DNA of 64,000 bases from Felis catus (GCF_018350175.1 NC_058368.1:197162001-197226000), one strand, 5' to 3'. Positions 37,201 through 51,900 are shown, numbered from the stretch's first letter. Notes: generated by a model not told the origin, from the letters alone. Numbers and translations are program-made.

Positions 37201-40200
37201 CAAACTGTCAACTCGTGTGTCAATAATCACTAATAAATGACCCCAGGCTCGGGAAAACCCCCCGTGTGTGTGCTTCAAGAGGCCGCATCTTTCGCTAAGG
37301 TGAAAGCCTTGCCCCAGGAATGCTAAAAACTCACATCAATACAGTGTTTCATGGTTCTCAAAGTGCTCTCGCATGCAATGTCTTTATCCCCGCAAAAGTC
37401 CCATGAGGCAGGTGTTACCATTAAGGAAACCTAAGGATACAGGTACACAGTTGGGAGCGTGCGTACTAAGGAACAACTCCCTACTAAAACACAGGGCCCC
37501 CACCCTGTGGCAAAAAGTCTGGTCCGGCATCGCTACCGGCTTGCTTACCTTTAACTTCTTCTCTGCCCGGGCTGCCTGTTTGCAGATGGGGTGCCAAACC
37601 TCAGAACCTAAGGACACAGCAAAATAACAAAGGCTCGGACCTTTCATACCTACTAGTTTTCTTGCCATCCTCACCTCAGTGTAGTCCCTCAGCAGCACAA
37701 GTGCCCTACACAGGGGCCAGGAGCACCCCCAGGTGTCCCAGGCTCTTTGCTGTGACATCAGTTCAACCCCCCCCCCCCCTTTCTACCTGTCCACATCCTA
37801 CCCATTCCTCAAGGTCCAGGTTCCACACGGCATCTTCCTGCAAACTTTCTTACCTGGCAGCTGGGAGAGACTTCTCTCTTCTCTGTGATCCATCTTTCTT
37901 TGTATCTTTCTTAACACGACCTCACATCACAGTAGCTTGTGGATTCATTGCCCTAACCAAATTAGAAGCTCCTCTGGGCAGGGGCTGAGCTTTATTCATT
38001 GCTGGATCTCCCGCGGCATCCAGAATGGGATTTTGCTCTCAGCAGAGGCCCCCGTACGTGTTTTGCAGGGTGAACAGATGAGCGGATGATTGGCAGTGAG
38101 TGACAAGCAGCAGGTGGTCAATAAATATTTGTTGAATGAATGAATGACAGTGGAGGTGAAATAAAGTGACAGGCCACGGTGAACGCCAACCTCCTTTCTC
38201 TTCAGAGACTTATGACAGTCTACTAGATCTATCAACCGAAAGGGAGGTGGGGTCATGGTGTATATTCTGCTTGAGCGCACTGTCTTGACCTGCTAATTCC
38301 TAAGCGGCTCCAGACTCTTCAAATATAGTATATCGCAAATGCCCGCATTTTATTGTGGGCACCGAAGTCTAGAGGCCATCTTGGGAAGGCATGAACAACA
38401 GGTGGCTGGTCACATGTTGGGAAGAAGCCCCAAATATTACACATTCCCCAAAGAAGAGACAGGTGTCCTGGATTAGAAGGAAAAATAGGAACATATTATC
38501 CCTCTGGTGCCATTCCTCTTATTACCAGCCCTAAAAGGAAAGGAGCCAGCAAATGGCTGGATTCCTGAGCACCCAGATGGCATTTGTTTGTCTGACTTTG
38601 TTTTTAGGATATACTTTCCATTATGGTTTGTTGCCTGGAACCCCCAGGCCTGGGATGCGGGCCAAGCGACAGGGGGTGGCGTAAAGTTGAAAAATTAGCC
38701 CCAAAAAGGGGATACAGAGAGGATAGGCCTGAACGTAAGGAGCCTGGAGTCTGGTTTCTGGAACCTGGATTCTTGCCTCCTCTCGGCCCCAGGCACACCC
38801 TCTCCCTGGGTTCCGGTTTCTGCGTCTAAATAACAACGAGGTGGAGTTTGGATGGTCTCCGAGGTTACTTTCATCTCCAAAAGTTTAATTCTAGGCCCGG
38901 TTTGTCATTTATGAGCTAGGGACCTTTCAGTTTTGTTTGCTGAGTTTCTTGTGAGTTCCTAATAATTCAACACGAGTTTAATTCCCGCTCACGTAAAGTG
39001 CAATGGCTCTCGGAGCCCAGTAGAGGGACTCTGGGTCTGCGGGCTGGAGCCTGCCAGTCGCAGGGTGTGTCTGCGACCAAGTGATGGGTGGGGATCCTTG
39101 CTTTGGGGAGTTAGTCCAGAGAGCATTTCCGGGTCTGAGAAGCTGCTGAATCCACCAGGAGTTGTTTACCCCCGTGGCTCTGGCAGGAAGCACATGTTAC
39201 AGGTCACGGTAGGAAATGGATGAGGGGGATACAGATGTCTAAGAAGGTCGTGAGATGAAGCGAAAGAGGCGTCTGAGGGGAAAGAGGCAGGCAGAAGTTC
39301 TCATGGGGGGAAATGATGTGTAAAGAGTGGAGGTCAGACTAGATGGTCTCGTCCCGCCACGGACACCGTCTGTTCTGAAATAAAGCTGGGCTGCCAATGG
39401 CTTCAGCCCTCAGCAGGTTGATCGAAAGCAGGTTTATAGAAGTGGCGGGGGTGGGGGGCTGGGGGGGGGGAGAATCAAAGGCGAGAAAGAAAATATAATT
39501 AGAAAGGAAAAGAAATCAGAAGTTTGGGAGCTGGCAGGATAGCCTCTAAATTAAACAGGGAAGGAACTTGCTGGCTGTGAGTGATAGACGGAGGTGAGTT
39601 AAAGTAAGAAGAGGTGATCTGTTCACGAAGACCCTTACGAGATGATGGCCGGCTGAGCTTCTGCCACCAGCCACGAGCTCAACCGCGACACTGACAGAAA
39701 GACAGCATCCGGAAGGCCATTATTCTCTTCTACGGGCTTCTCCTCAGAGTTTAAAACAGTTTCTGGCTCATGTGTGTTTAATAAAGACGTAAATGAATGG
39801 CTGGTTGGATTCCCGCCTCTGTATTTTTATTTATTTATTTTTTTTATAATTAATTAATTATTTTAAAAATGTTTATTCATTTTTTGAGAGAGAGAGAGAG
39901 AGAAAGAGAGACAGAGCGAGCGAGCATGCGTGGGGGAGGGGCACAGAGAGAGGGAGACACAGACTCTGAAGCAGCTCCAGGCTCTGAGGTGTCAGCACAG
40001 AGCCCGATGAGGGGCTCGAACTCATGAACCGTGAGATCATGACCTGAGCTGAAGTTGGAAGCTTAACCAACTGAGGCACCTAAGCACCCCCCCCCCACCT
40101 CTGTATTTTAAAATGAGACACAGGATGAGAGGTACCCAGAGGATGATGGTAACCAGGGCGGAGAGGGAACCCAAAATTAAGCCATAAAGTAGGGTTTTCA

Positions 40201-43200
40201 CTGTGGAGAAGAGAATACTTAGCAGAATGTTGAAAAAGGTTTTTGATATCTTAATGACTCTCTGTGGGAAGAGCAATGAACTTGTTCTGCGTGTCTTGTA
40301 ATAAGGACCGGGGCAGAAGTTTCAGGGAATGAGAATTCAATGTCTGAGGACTGAACGGGCCCCTTTGAGAGTGAGCTCCCTGTCCCTGGAAGCATGTAAG
40401 TACACACTGGGTAGAAACATGCTCAGCAGGGATATTGTAGAGGAGACATACAATGAAGTAGTTACACTGATGCACGTAACTCCCTACCCTTGGAGATTCT
40501 GTGCTTTATCTTCACAGATTTCTCTGTATAAAAAGAATCAATTATTTGCCCCTATCCAATGATCCCGCTCCTTCTGTAAGTTTTATAAGGAGTGGGACTC
40601 ATATCTGTCTTATCTGCAGATACAGCTGCAGGGACTGTAGATTCTCAATAAATACTCATTGAGTGAATGAATAAAACAAAAGACACATGATATTGTGTTG
40701 TAGGCCAGCTGAATCCCTTAAGCTGGGCTCAGAGATTTGGACAAGTGGTACAATCTAGACTCTGATTCAACAGCTACAATTCCAGAGTGAGTGTCTATCA
40801 GAGAGTCACTAGACTGGGGTTTGTTTAAGTGGGATTTGGGGACCAGCTGTCCAGAATCCCGGTAAGATGCCCCCACAAAGTCCCTGAAGTCAACTCCTGG
40901 AGGCGGGGCCTGAGAATGTGTGATGTTAACAAGCTCCCCGGATAACTTATGACTCCAAATTGAAAAACCACAGGGCTGGATACCAGTTAATACTCCAAAT
41001 TTGTTCCTTTGGAATGTGATGGGATAAAGAAAACCAATTTTATAAGACGTAAGAACGCTTTAACTTCTTGAAAGAAGTCAACACTTTTTGCTTGTTAGAC
41101 TCCTGGTTTCATGAGTCATACCCTCGTCCTCTGAGACCATCACTGACAGTTCCAGGTCCTGCAGTTAAAACCTCCTGTGAACGTTATGGAAGTGAAGGGT
41201 TAGCTATTCTGTGTAAGCCGATTCAGAGGCTGAGATCTGAATCTCCAAAGCTGTCCCTCAGCTGGGTGGTAAGCCTCTTCTTCTTTTTTTTGTTTTTTTG
41301 GATCATTGGAAATTTTAATGCCAGATCAGTCCTGGTGCCACAGTCTTGCAGACCGCCCGGCCAGCGTTACAAACACAGCAGTGACCAAAACCGGCCCACC
41401 CAAAGGTTCTACCTGGCCAGCGAGGTGTTTTTACATGAATGCTTTTAGACCCTGCAGGTGGCCAGTGACCCCTTCCTGCTGTCTGCCTCTCAGCCCTTCT
41501 TGTTCATTTAAGCAGGCATTTAGGTTTTTAAACCCGGCTCCCGGCCAGGGTGTTCTCTTACAGCAGGCTTCTCCTCCGGATTTCTCTCGACCACAGCAGG
41601 GTGAGGCCTCTCTGCTTTGCGGCAGCACTAGCCTTGGTGACCTAGGCTTGCTAGGATCTTGGATTGGCCCTTTGGCTCCTTGAAAATCCCTGCCTGGGCA
41701 AACAAATGTGCTGTGTCCACACACTGGGATATCATTCAGCCATAAAAAGGAATGGAGCACTGATACATGTTATAACATGGATGAATCTAGAAAACATTAT
41801 GCTAATGCTAAGTGAAAGAAACCAGACCCAAAAGCCCACGTTTTGCAGGATTCCGTCTCTATGAAATTTCCCCAGTAGGTAAATCTATACAGGCAAATGG
41901 CAGATTAGTAGTTGCTAGGGTCTAGGGGAAGGCAGTGGGAAGTGTCTAATGGGACACTCCAGCATATTCATGGAAGCAAACGTCATCTTCAGACAATCCT
42001 GCGCACTGGTAAATTTTCGCCGCATGTCAGGCAATCCATACATTACTGAGTATACTATTCCTAAGGGGTCTGAATGCCACTTACACCTTGCTTCCTAGCT
42101 GCATCGTCCAGAGCAAGTCAGTTAGCTCTCTGTGCCTCAGTCTCCCCGCTGATAAAATGGGGGATGGGAACAGTACCTGCCTCGGAGCTTGTTGTGAGTG
42201 AGCATCAGTGAGTTACCATTCACAGAGCCCGCAGAACAAGGTCCGCCTAGAGTGGGTACCGTGACAGTGTTAGTGGTTGGGATTATTATTATCTTCCCTG
42301 CCCTACCTAAACAAAAATCCGTTTGCCAGGACGGCAGCAGAGCCCAGGTGCGCGGGAGTTCACAGGCAATAGTAACGGCTGATAGCAACAGCCAGGACGG
42401 TAATTAAAATGCGTGAGTGCGGGGGCGCCTGGGTGGCGCAGTCGGTTAAGCGTCCGACTTCAGCCAGGTCACGATCTCTCGGTCTGTGAGTTCGAGCCCC
42501 GCGTCGGGCTCTGGGCTGATGGCTCAGAGCCTGGAGCCTGTTTCCAATTCTGTGTCTCCCTCTCTCTCTGCCCCTCCCCCGTTTATGCTCTGTCTCTCTC
42601 TGTCCCAAAAATAAATAAACAAAAAAAAAATTAAAAAAAAAAATGCGTGAGTGCTTTCTGTGTGTCGTGCATTTTTGTTATTCTTATTGTCATCATTATA
42701 ACTAATATTTAGAGAGTGCCTAAGCCAGGCCTTATGCCATATACTTTATAATTGTAGTACTTAGGTAGAAACTAACCGTGATGACTAGCATTTATTGCCC
42801 ACGTAGGCTAAGCCCTATGCTAAGCGCTATTAATAGCAATGGTAACACTGACAACAGCCAGCATTTTTTAGTGCATGGCATCATGGGGAATGGCCACTCC
42901 ACCTTCCTGGATGTTTATATCAGCTCAGACTGGCGGAGCTGGGGGTCCCAGGCTGGGTGCTACAAGCCTTCATCATGCATTCGCTCATTTAACACAATAG
43001 CCTGGCGAAGTGGGCCTAAGGCTACCCCCTGTTTTCAGATGGGGAAATTGGGGTTTAGGGAGCTTAGATGTCTTGCCCGCCCGTCCAACACTGTCTCCTC
43101 GCCCTGGCCTGGGTGTGCGTATATGACCAAGTTGGGCTCCTCCGAGTCTCTCTGGGCTTTCTGTGCTTAAACTGGCGGGGAACGCCGCCTCTCTGTGCCC

Positions 43201-45870
43201 TCGGAGCCCTCCTTCCCCAACACAGAGGCAGCCAGTGCAGGGCGGGAGAGCGGGAGGCCACACAGAGAAAGAAGCATAGAGCATAACCACCTGCTGAGCC
43301 CTGTGCGCCCTTCAACCCAGCCCTGCCGTTTCTAGGTGCTTCTCAGTTCTGTGAGATGATCAATGCCCTTTTACCTAAAGTTGTTTCTGCCGCCTAAAAA
43401 GTCCAGGCTAATAAAACATCTCATTGAGCTAAAATCCGAGTATCTGACAAGTTCTTGACCTGCCCAGCGGGCAATTTTGTTTCCCAGAAAATAGAGGAAG
43501 CAGCCAGGGAAATTGCTACTCTGGACCTAATTCTGACCAACGTGGACAAATTGGCTGGTGAAGTAGATGTGACATGTAACTGGCGAGAAAATGGTCACAT
43601 CGTCTTGAGTTTGAGGTGACCCGAGAGAAGAAGCAAGTTGGAAACAGACTTTAAATCACCAACTTTAAACTACTATGCTATAATATTTTCTATAGGATTC
43701 AAGATGTTTGGTAACCCTAAAAGTCTAAAAAAAATATTGCAGTTCATCCAAAATGAAAATGTATTCTATTTAAAGTGAAATATGCTTAGTAGTTTCAGAC
43801 TTTAGGAGATATCAATTTAGTACGGTAACGGGATATGTTTGAAGAGTCTAAAATTATGTAGCAGGATTGGGGAAACATGAGATTTAAAGTTTTTAAGCAT
43901 TACTCCTACAAACTAAGCTGTCAGTGGAGAGATCCAATTTAAAATAACAATGCTAAACTACCAGATTATAGCAACCAATAATAGGACGTTCGTGCCTTTT
44001 AAAGTGTGGTTTGATGAGACGCGTCGATTATGACTGAGGGCTGGTGTTCTGCAATCTGACGGGCGGAAGGTACCTGTCTTGAACATCTGCTTCCTCCATG
44101 CACCTCTTTTCAGGTGCTTGTCAGAGGAAAGAGAAACCTCTGCTATATATCAATGGCATCCCCGGCCGTGCCGGAAATACATACCTCCTGGTGCCAGGAC
44201 CTTATATCGCCCGAACTAAAAAAACAAAAACAAAACCCAAAAAGCAAAACAAAACAAAAACAACGTGATCTGAAATAGAAGAGAAGGTTTTGGTGTAATT
44301 ATCAAAGCAAGCTTTCAGGGCTCCGGTCTGGCTTTGCATTAACACAGAACCAAGGCTCCTTACTTTATTTTGGGCCGTGGACACCTCTGAAAATTTGATA
44401 AAAGCTACAGACCCTCTCCTTAGAGAAATATACCTACGTGTGAACTTTGGTAAGCAACTTCGGGGGATTCATTGGATTCAGAAGGGCAACTACAAACCGC
44501 AGGTTAAGAATTCTGAAACTAGGGGCGCCTGGGTGGCGCAGTCGGTTAAGCGGCCGACTTCAGCCAGGTCACGATCTCGCGCTCCGTGAGTTCGAGCCCC
44601 GCGTCGGGCTCTGGGCTGATGGCTCGGAGCCTGGAGCCTGTTTCCGATTCTGTGTCTCCCTCTCTCTCTGCCCTCCCCCCCCCCGTTCATGCTCTGTCTC
44701 TCTCTGTCCCAAAAATAAATAAACGTTGAAAAAAAATTAAAAAAAAAAAAAAAAGAATTCTGAAACTAAATGGAAGAAACTGCCCTAAGCCAAGCCTAGG
44801 AAGATAGGCCAGCCTAACCTTGGCCCAGGGACATAAACTTTCTAAACTTTGTTGTTCTCTGAAACGGGGAGGTTAATGGCGCTTTTAGCTCGTAGGGCTG
44901 TTGTGGGGAAAAAATGGGATTCTGCATTTAAAGCTCTCAGAACCGTGCCTGGCACATAGTAAGTGCTTCATGAATTATCAGCTGATGGAGTAGGACCTAC
45001 AATTTGTTACAATACTTTCCTTAGCAGAGTAAGGTTTGTCAGGCTTTCCTAACAGATTTCCTGCCTGTTGGTTTTAGTTAAATACATGAATGATGACAGA
45101 GACCTGCTTAGAACTGTGCAGCTGAGCTCCTGGGCTCCCAGTGATCCTCCCCCCCTCCCCCCAGGTCCTTGGAATCGGGGTGTATTTAGTGTAAGAAAGA
45201 AGGACAGGAGCAAAGTCTGTCTTTCCTTTTTCCTGGGCACAGGCATTTTTGGAATAAGACCAAAATCTATCTCATGAATCACATTTGGGGCTTAGAAAGC
45301 GCCCACCGATCCAGCAGCTGTAACCTTGTGATTTCAGTATGTTTTGCCCGAACCCGCGGCATTTTTGCGCTTATTTTGCTGCACAGATTCAATGACCTAA
45401 TTTCCTGGTGAAGCTCAAATGACGGGTTTGGACAACAAACAGATTAGAAATCTGGCATCTTTACAGAAACAGTTAAAAGGCTGAATGAACAACAGAACTT
45501 GAAACAAACAAAAGAAAACTTGCTTGTCCCTCCGGGGTCCAGGAAGTTCTCATCCAGACAGACGTCAGCCTTCTCCCAATTAGAGCTCATCAGAAAGCCA
45601 TCACGCAGTGATTAAAACACAAACAAACTGACCAGAAGAAGCTCCCGAGGCTGGCTGCCAGTGCCTTGCCGTGTCCCGCTCCAGAACTGACCAGACTGGG
45701 ATTTTAGGGGGCGCCTGGGTGGCTCAGTCGGTCAAGCGACTGACTCTTGATTTCGGCTCAGGTCGTGATCTCACGGTCCATGAGTTCGAGCCCCGCATCG
45801 GACTCTGTGCTGACAGTGTGGAGCTTACTTGGGATTCTCTGTCTCCTCTCTCTGCCCCTCCTGTGCTCAT

Positions 45871-45913
<43 letters not shown>

Positions 45914-48900
45914 ATAAATAAATAAACATTAAAAAAGAAAAAGCCGGGTTTTTAAACTTTGCAGCCTTCCTAATGCTCTCTCTCATGTATGTTGCTTCAT
46001 GGGGCACCTAGCACCTTCACATTCATTCTCTCCCATATTCATGAGGACCTTGTGGAGCACACCTGCTCTCTGTGGGTGAGGTGTGTGGGCCTGCCTCAGT
46101 TTCTCCACCGTGTAATGCTTCCGCCCACCGCAGGCCTTTGCACCTGCTGTTCCCAACGCCTCCGCCATCTTTCCTCCCCTCTTCACCCTCCCACCTCCTA
46201 CTCATTTCCAAACTCTTGGCTTGAAATCTCCCTTCTTCAGCAGAGCCTCCCCTGACCTCCCAGACAAGATCAGGAGGCCAAAACATTCCCAAACCTTCCT
46301 TTCTCTGCACATAATCACAGCTTGTCATTGTGTTTACACTTCTATTTAAGTCGGTCTCCCGTCCTGACAGTACGCTTCACCCACGAAGCAAGCTCTCGTG
46401 CCTCATTCATGTCCAAGCACCCAGCACGTCACAGAGAGCCTGGCACATAGAAGGGCCCCAGTTTGAATGCATGAATGAGAGAGTAATTTTCCCCGTCTTA
46501 TAGGTGAAGGAAGAGACCCAGAGAAGGAAGGTACTTCTCAAGGTCACAGCCCATCAGCAGAAGTACTGGTGCCTGAACCCAGGAGTCCAGGCTCTCAGCG
46601 GGCTCTCCCTACTTCTGTGTTGCCTACGTGGAGAGTTTTCTATACCCCCACCCAGGGAGGGTGTCCAAGGCAATCTCAGTGGGAGCAGAACCTCCTGGTG
46701 GCTGCCTCCCCCACGACACCCACAGCCGGAGTCAGCATGACTCCAGCACGGGATGGCCTGGTCCCCCTCATTGTAGAATCACTCAGCATCCCTTGAGGCA
46801 GGTCCTTGAGCGCCCTGCAATTACTCCCACTCTCCCAGGAGCCAGGAGGGTAGGAATGGAGATAATTAAGGAGGAGGGTGACAGGCCCTTCCTTCATCAC
46901 CAAAAATATCTCCCACCTCCCGCAGGCATCTCTGTCGTAGGTTTGATTGTGCATTCTCTCGAATGATTACAAAGCTGTTCACCTCATCACTTAACTCTTT
47001 CAGCATTCTGTGAAGTTCTGGCCAGAAGCAGGGCTTAGAAGATTCTGGTACATAAGGATGTGAGCTCTGTGAGGGCAGTCAACTTGTTGGACCTCGCTGC
47101 TATATCTCCAGTAGTTAAGGCAGCACTGGGCACACAGGTGAAGGCTCAATAGGTATTTGTTGGATGAATGAATGAACTAAAAGCTTTCCATGTGTCAGGA
47201 ATTTGCTATGCCGTGTGGGGACCGTTACTAGCCTATTTTACAGGCTAGGTAACTGAGGTTCAGGGTTAAGAGGCTGGCCCAGGGTCAAGAACTCAGGAAG
47301 CAGTGGAGCCAGGGTTCAAGGCACCCAATAGGGCAAGGTTAGGATTGAGAATTCAGGCAGGGAGATAAAGATGTTGATTGTTCTAGTGATGTGAACGAGA
47401 GAACGGTTTCAACACTAGGATATGTGTTCGCCAGGAAAGGGGGAGAGGAATAGCATGCAAAAAATTTCCAGACTAAGTGCAAAGTCCGGACTGCCATGGA
47501 CGCAGGGCTCATGAAGACATCATGCAGTTTGCTGAGACTCAGGGGGAATGTCCTAGCACAGAACCCAGGGTCCTGCTGCAGCACGCACTCGGGGACCCAG
47601 GCACCTAGGGATCAGTACTGATGGAAGGAGGAGGTCCAGTCCTCGCAGGGACCTAAGTAACAGGCAGAGCCTGGGTCCCGGAGGTGAGGTTGAAAGAGCC
47701 CTGGGGTGGGAGTCATAAGACCAGTCTCGCCCTACGTTCTCTACCTGTCTCTGGGCCTCACATTTCCCATCTATACCATGAGGTTGTTACGTTACAGTCT
47801 AGGGTGACCTGTGGGATCCTTCCAACTCCAGTACTTGTATGACTGTACATGCAAGCAAGTATTCGTAAATTCACAGCATCTTAGGAATGGTCACCTAGTT
47901 CAATCCAACATAGGAATTCCTGCTCCGGCAGTCCCAGTAGATGGTACGAGATTCTGTTGACTCTCTCTAGGCCAGTGGTTCTCAACAGAGAACTATTCTG
48001 CCCCCCAGGGAACATCTGGCAATGTCCGGCATCTTTTTGGTTGTCCCAATGGGAAGGAGTACGTTACTCGCACCCAGCGGGTAGAGGCCAGGGATGCTAC
48101 TAAACACCGTGCGATGCATAGGACAGTCCCCACACCAAAGACTTCTCTGGCCCCAAATGTCAGTAGTGCTAAGGTTGCGAAGTCCTACTCTGGGCAAAGG
48201 CACTCACTGCAAGTGGAGGGAACTTGTGGCCGTGGGCATTCGTGGTAGAACAAGCCTGATAGGAAGACACGCTCTCTGTAACTGTGTCCCCGGCCTTAGT
48301 TCTGCCTTGTGGGGAAATCTGGAGGAAGAGCCCTCCTGGGGCTATTCAAACATCTGGGGATGACTAATCGGCCAGCTATCCAACTAATCAGCCAACAGTG
48401 ACCACCTGTATAGTGAGTACTTGTGGGATCAATGTCAGGATCAAAAGGTCTCAGGGAGAAGGCCAAGGACTCTGCTGCAAGCCGGAGAAGCCTGGGAAGA
48501 AGCCTGTGGGCGGGGTGGGGGCACCTGAGGGGGTTACAGAGTCGGCAGTGACTAACCTGGGCCAGGAATGGCAGGATTTCCAAACGGGGGCATGGAAGAC
48601 TAGAATGTTCCAGGAGGCAGGCAGCAGGGCATGTGTTCACTGTCCACCCCTGCCCACCTCCCAGCCTCGTTTCTCCCCTCCGTCTCCTCCTGGTCTCCCA
48701 CGCCTGTCATTTCTTTACCCGCCTCTATCCCCTCAGGGGGCATATCCCAGCCCTCCCTTGTTTGTCCAGTTAACGCCCACCCATCCTTTGGATCCCCACT
48801 CCTGGCCCTTCCTCAGGGGGCCTTCCCTGACGTGCACCCCACCCATTAAGTGCTTTCAGAGTCCCAAGCCTCCCCCCTTCATAAAGCTTATCACTATTGA

Positions 48901-51900
48901 TAGTTATTTGTGGGATTACTGACTGCACCCCCCTCACCCCCCATCGGGCCGTAGGGCAGTGGGGCTCGGGCTGGAGCTGGAGCTCACTGACGACCCCAGG
49001 GCAGAGCTCACCCACGGTAGGGTCTCAAAAAATAGTTGTGGAGTGGACGGAGAAGCAACTGGAAACGGGCTTTGGCAGCTGAGATGTGGGGCTTGTCCAG
49101 GGCCAGAGAGAGAAAGGCAGCTTGAGACCTCAGTGAGAGGGTCCTAACGCAAGGCTGAAGTGTTGGTACCTGAGATGGTGGGCGGGGAGGGGCCCTGAAG
49201 ACCTCTGGACAGGGCTCAGGGCTCTGCCAAGGACACGACGATGCCCCGGGAGGCTGGACTGGGCAGACGATGGAGGACAGAGCAGAGCCTGAGGACTAAT
49301 AAGAAGGTTTGCAAGGATCCTGGGGCCTGACGGCTGGGCCCTCTGAAGTGGCGGAGGGAAACCAGTCCCTCTTTGCTTCCATTCCTTTCGGTGGATCCTG
49401 AGCGTCCCTGGGAGGACCCAGCCTGCCGTGGTGCTCGGAGATGTGGGGGGAAGGGGGGAGGCGGGGGCAGAGGCTGTGGTGCTGCCTGCCACACAGGACC
49501 TCTCTGAGGTCCTCTGTCCCCTTGGCCTGCTTCAGCTCAACCTCCCGCCCCCAGGCAGAGCCAGGGGAGTCTGCTCAGAGCGCTGCCAGGGAAGCAGGCC
49601 AGCTAAGCAGCGGGCGGAGGCGCACAGGGACGGAAGGCAGATTACATGTCACTTCATATTAGCCACACCGGCAACTTTGCCAAACCACCCGGAGAGGGGC
49701 GAGTTAATTGCAATTTTGAGAAGAAGCCAAAGCAAAGATAACACTGAAATGAAGGAGACCGTGTCTCCTTTATAGACATGGGTGGACAGGACTGCCTTCC
49801 ACGAGGCCGCATCTGCCTACCTGTGAGGTACATCTCCTCTCCTTCGGTGAACATCTGGTGGCAACGTACGCATCTGGCACAGGTTGGGTGGTAGTGCTTC
49901 CCTCCCGCCTGTGGAAGGAAAAGAAGAAATAAAGAGGTCAGAGCTGGGGCTGCCGTCCAGGGGGCAGGTTGGGTCTGAACATCTCCTGGGCGCATCAAGG
50001 GTGTTGGTACTTTCGTGAACCACTGAAAAGCCCACCCAGGAAGCTTGGTGATTCCACACCACGGGTCCCTGAAGGCAGGTCAGGGGGCTTCTCTGGACAC
50101 CTGCACTTCTATTCTGGCAGTGCAAGGGCCCCTTAACAGCCTTGACAGCCACTGGTCCATCATTTCCAGATGAGGAAATAATCTTGCTTTGAAGATATCC
50201 CAACAGTTCCCCAGGAACGGGGCCCTTGTCACTGGTGGCACCCAAGTGACTTTGAATGTACCTGGATCTGCGATTTAATAATGTTGGATCAAGGGTGGGG
50301 GGGGGGAAGGCCTCCTTTTCAATCCTCTGTCAATTTTTCTTTTTCTAAGTTTTATTCATTCAGTTAATCTCTACACTCAATGTGGATCTCGAACTCACAG
50401 CCCTGAGATCAAGAATCGTACACCGCTCTAACTAAGCCAGCCGGGCACCCCGAATTCTTCCGGTTTCTTCGAGGACAGAGACCAGTTTGGTGCTACTGTG
50501 TCTTTAACATCTATCCAAAACTTACTAACCTTTTTTTTTTTTTTTTTTTTTTTGAGACAGGGAGAGACAGAGCATGAACGGGGGAGGTTCAGAGAGAGAG
50601 GGAGACACAGAATCCGAAGCAGGCTCCAGGCTCCGAGCCATCAGCACACAGCCAGACGCGGGGCTCGAACCCACGGACCGTGAGATCATGACCTGAGCCG
50701 AAGTCGGACACTCAGCCGACTGAGCCCCCCGGGTGCCCCACTAACCTACCTTTTTAAGAACGAGAACAGATTTGAGGCTTGGAGCCTCCAACAAACAGTA
50801 GAATTTAGCAAGAGCTGTGGGTTATGTTGTTGTTGTTGTTGTTGTGTGTGTGTGTGTGGTTTTTTTTTTTTGGTTACTGGCAGTATAGCAACTGATTCTG
50901 GTTTTTCCTGTACATGTTTTTTGTCTTTTTTTTTTTTTAATTATTTGTAAGTGAGCCAGCTTTTGGTGGATCCCCAGTGCCCCTGGGAGGACCCAGCCTG
51001 CTGTGGCACTCGGAGTTGGGGTGAGGGGGCGGGGAGGTGGGGTAGAGGCTGTGATGCTGTCTGCCACACAGGCATATACAAGGTCCGTAGACGTGGCAAA
51101 ACTTGGCTTTTGGGGCTCCGTGGACAAACAATGGGCCCCCCAAAGGCAGGACCTGTTGGGGACCTTCCGACCCCGATGCTCCGGGCCTGTGATTGCTGCA
51201 CCTGAGTGCCTCCGTCCCAACCCCAGCTCAGCCCAGTCTGGTTTCGGTAAGCCACCTTGACGATTCCCACTTTCCTTCCTTACAACTATTTCAAGTAAAA
51301 ATGTAAATGATTTGCAACTGCAAATTCTTCTGTGGGGCAAGACACAGCCTCAGAGAAGGCGACGCCTCTAGGTTTCGCCAGAAGCAGTAGAAGCTGGAAT
51401 CGTGAGGGCTTGTCACCCGTGCGGCACTCACTCCCGCGCTGACGGCTGTGACACTACAATCCCAGCCAAGAGGGTGTGATACATAAGGGTCCTTCAGGGG
51501 CATCTCCAGACTCTTTATATGGAGGAGGTTGGCTCAGCACTGGGGTTGGAAGCGGGGGGGGCTTGTTTTGAAGGTACACTTGACCTTGAACAACACTGCT
51601 TTGAACTGTGGTTTGAACTCACCACGTACAGGTGGGTCGTTTTTCTGACAAATGCGATACGGCACCGTAAATGTATTTTCTCTTCCTTATGATTTTCTTA
51701 ATAACATTTTCTTCTCCTTAGCTTACTTGATTGTAAGAATACTGTATATAGATAGGGCGCCTCGGTGGCTCAGTCAGTTAAGCGTCCGACTTCGGCTCAG
51801 GTCATGATCTCACGGTCCGTGGGTTCGAGCCTCGCGTCGGGCTCTGTGCTGACAGCACAGAGCCCGCTACAGATCCTCTGGCCCTCTCTCTCCTTGCCTC

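Noticed and set aside
43640..43980. AT-rich stretch with an SVERS-like peptide suggesting a hAT transposase relic
   Set aside because: The similarity is too short and broken by stops to support without a profile search.
50333..50451. tRNA gene
   Set aside because: It has degenerate A/B boxes followed by an A-rich tail, which fits a tRNA-derived SINE, not an intact cloverleaf.
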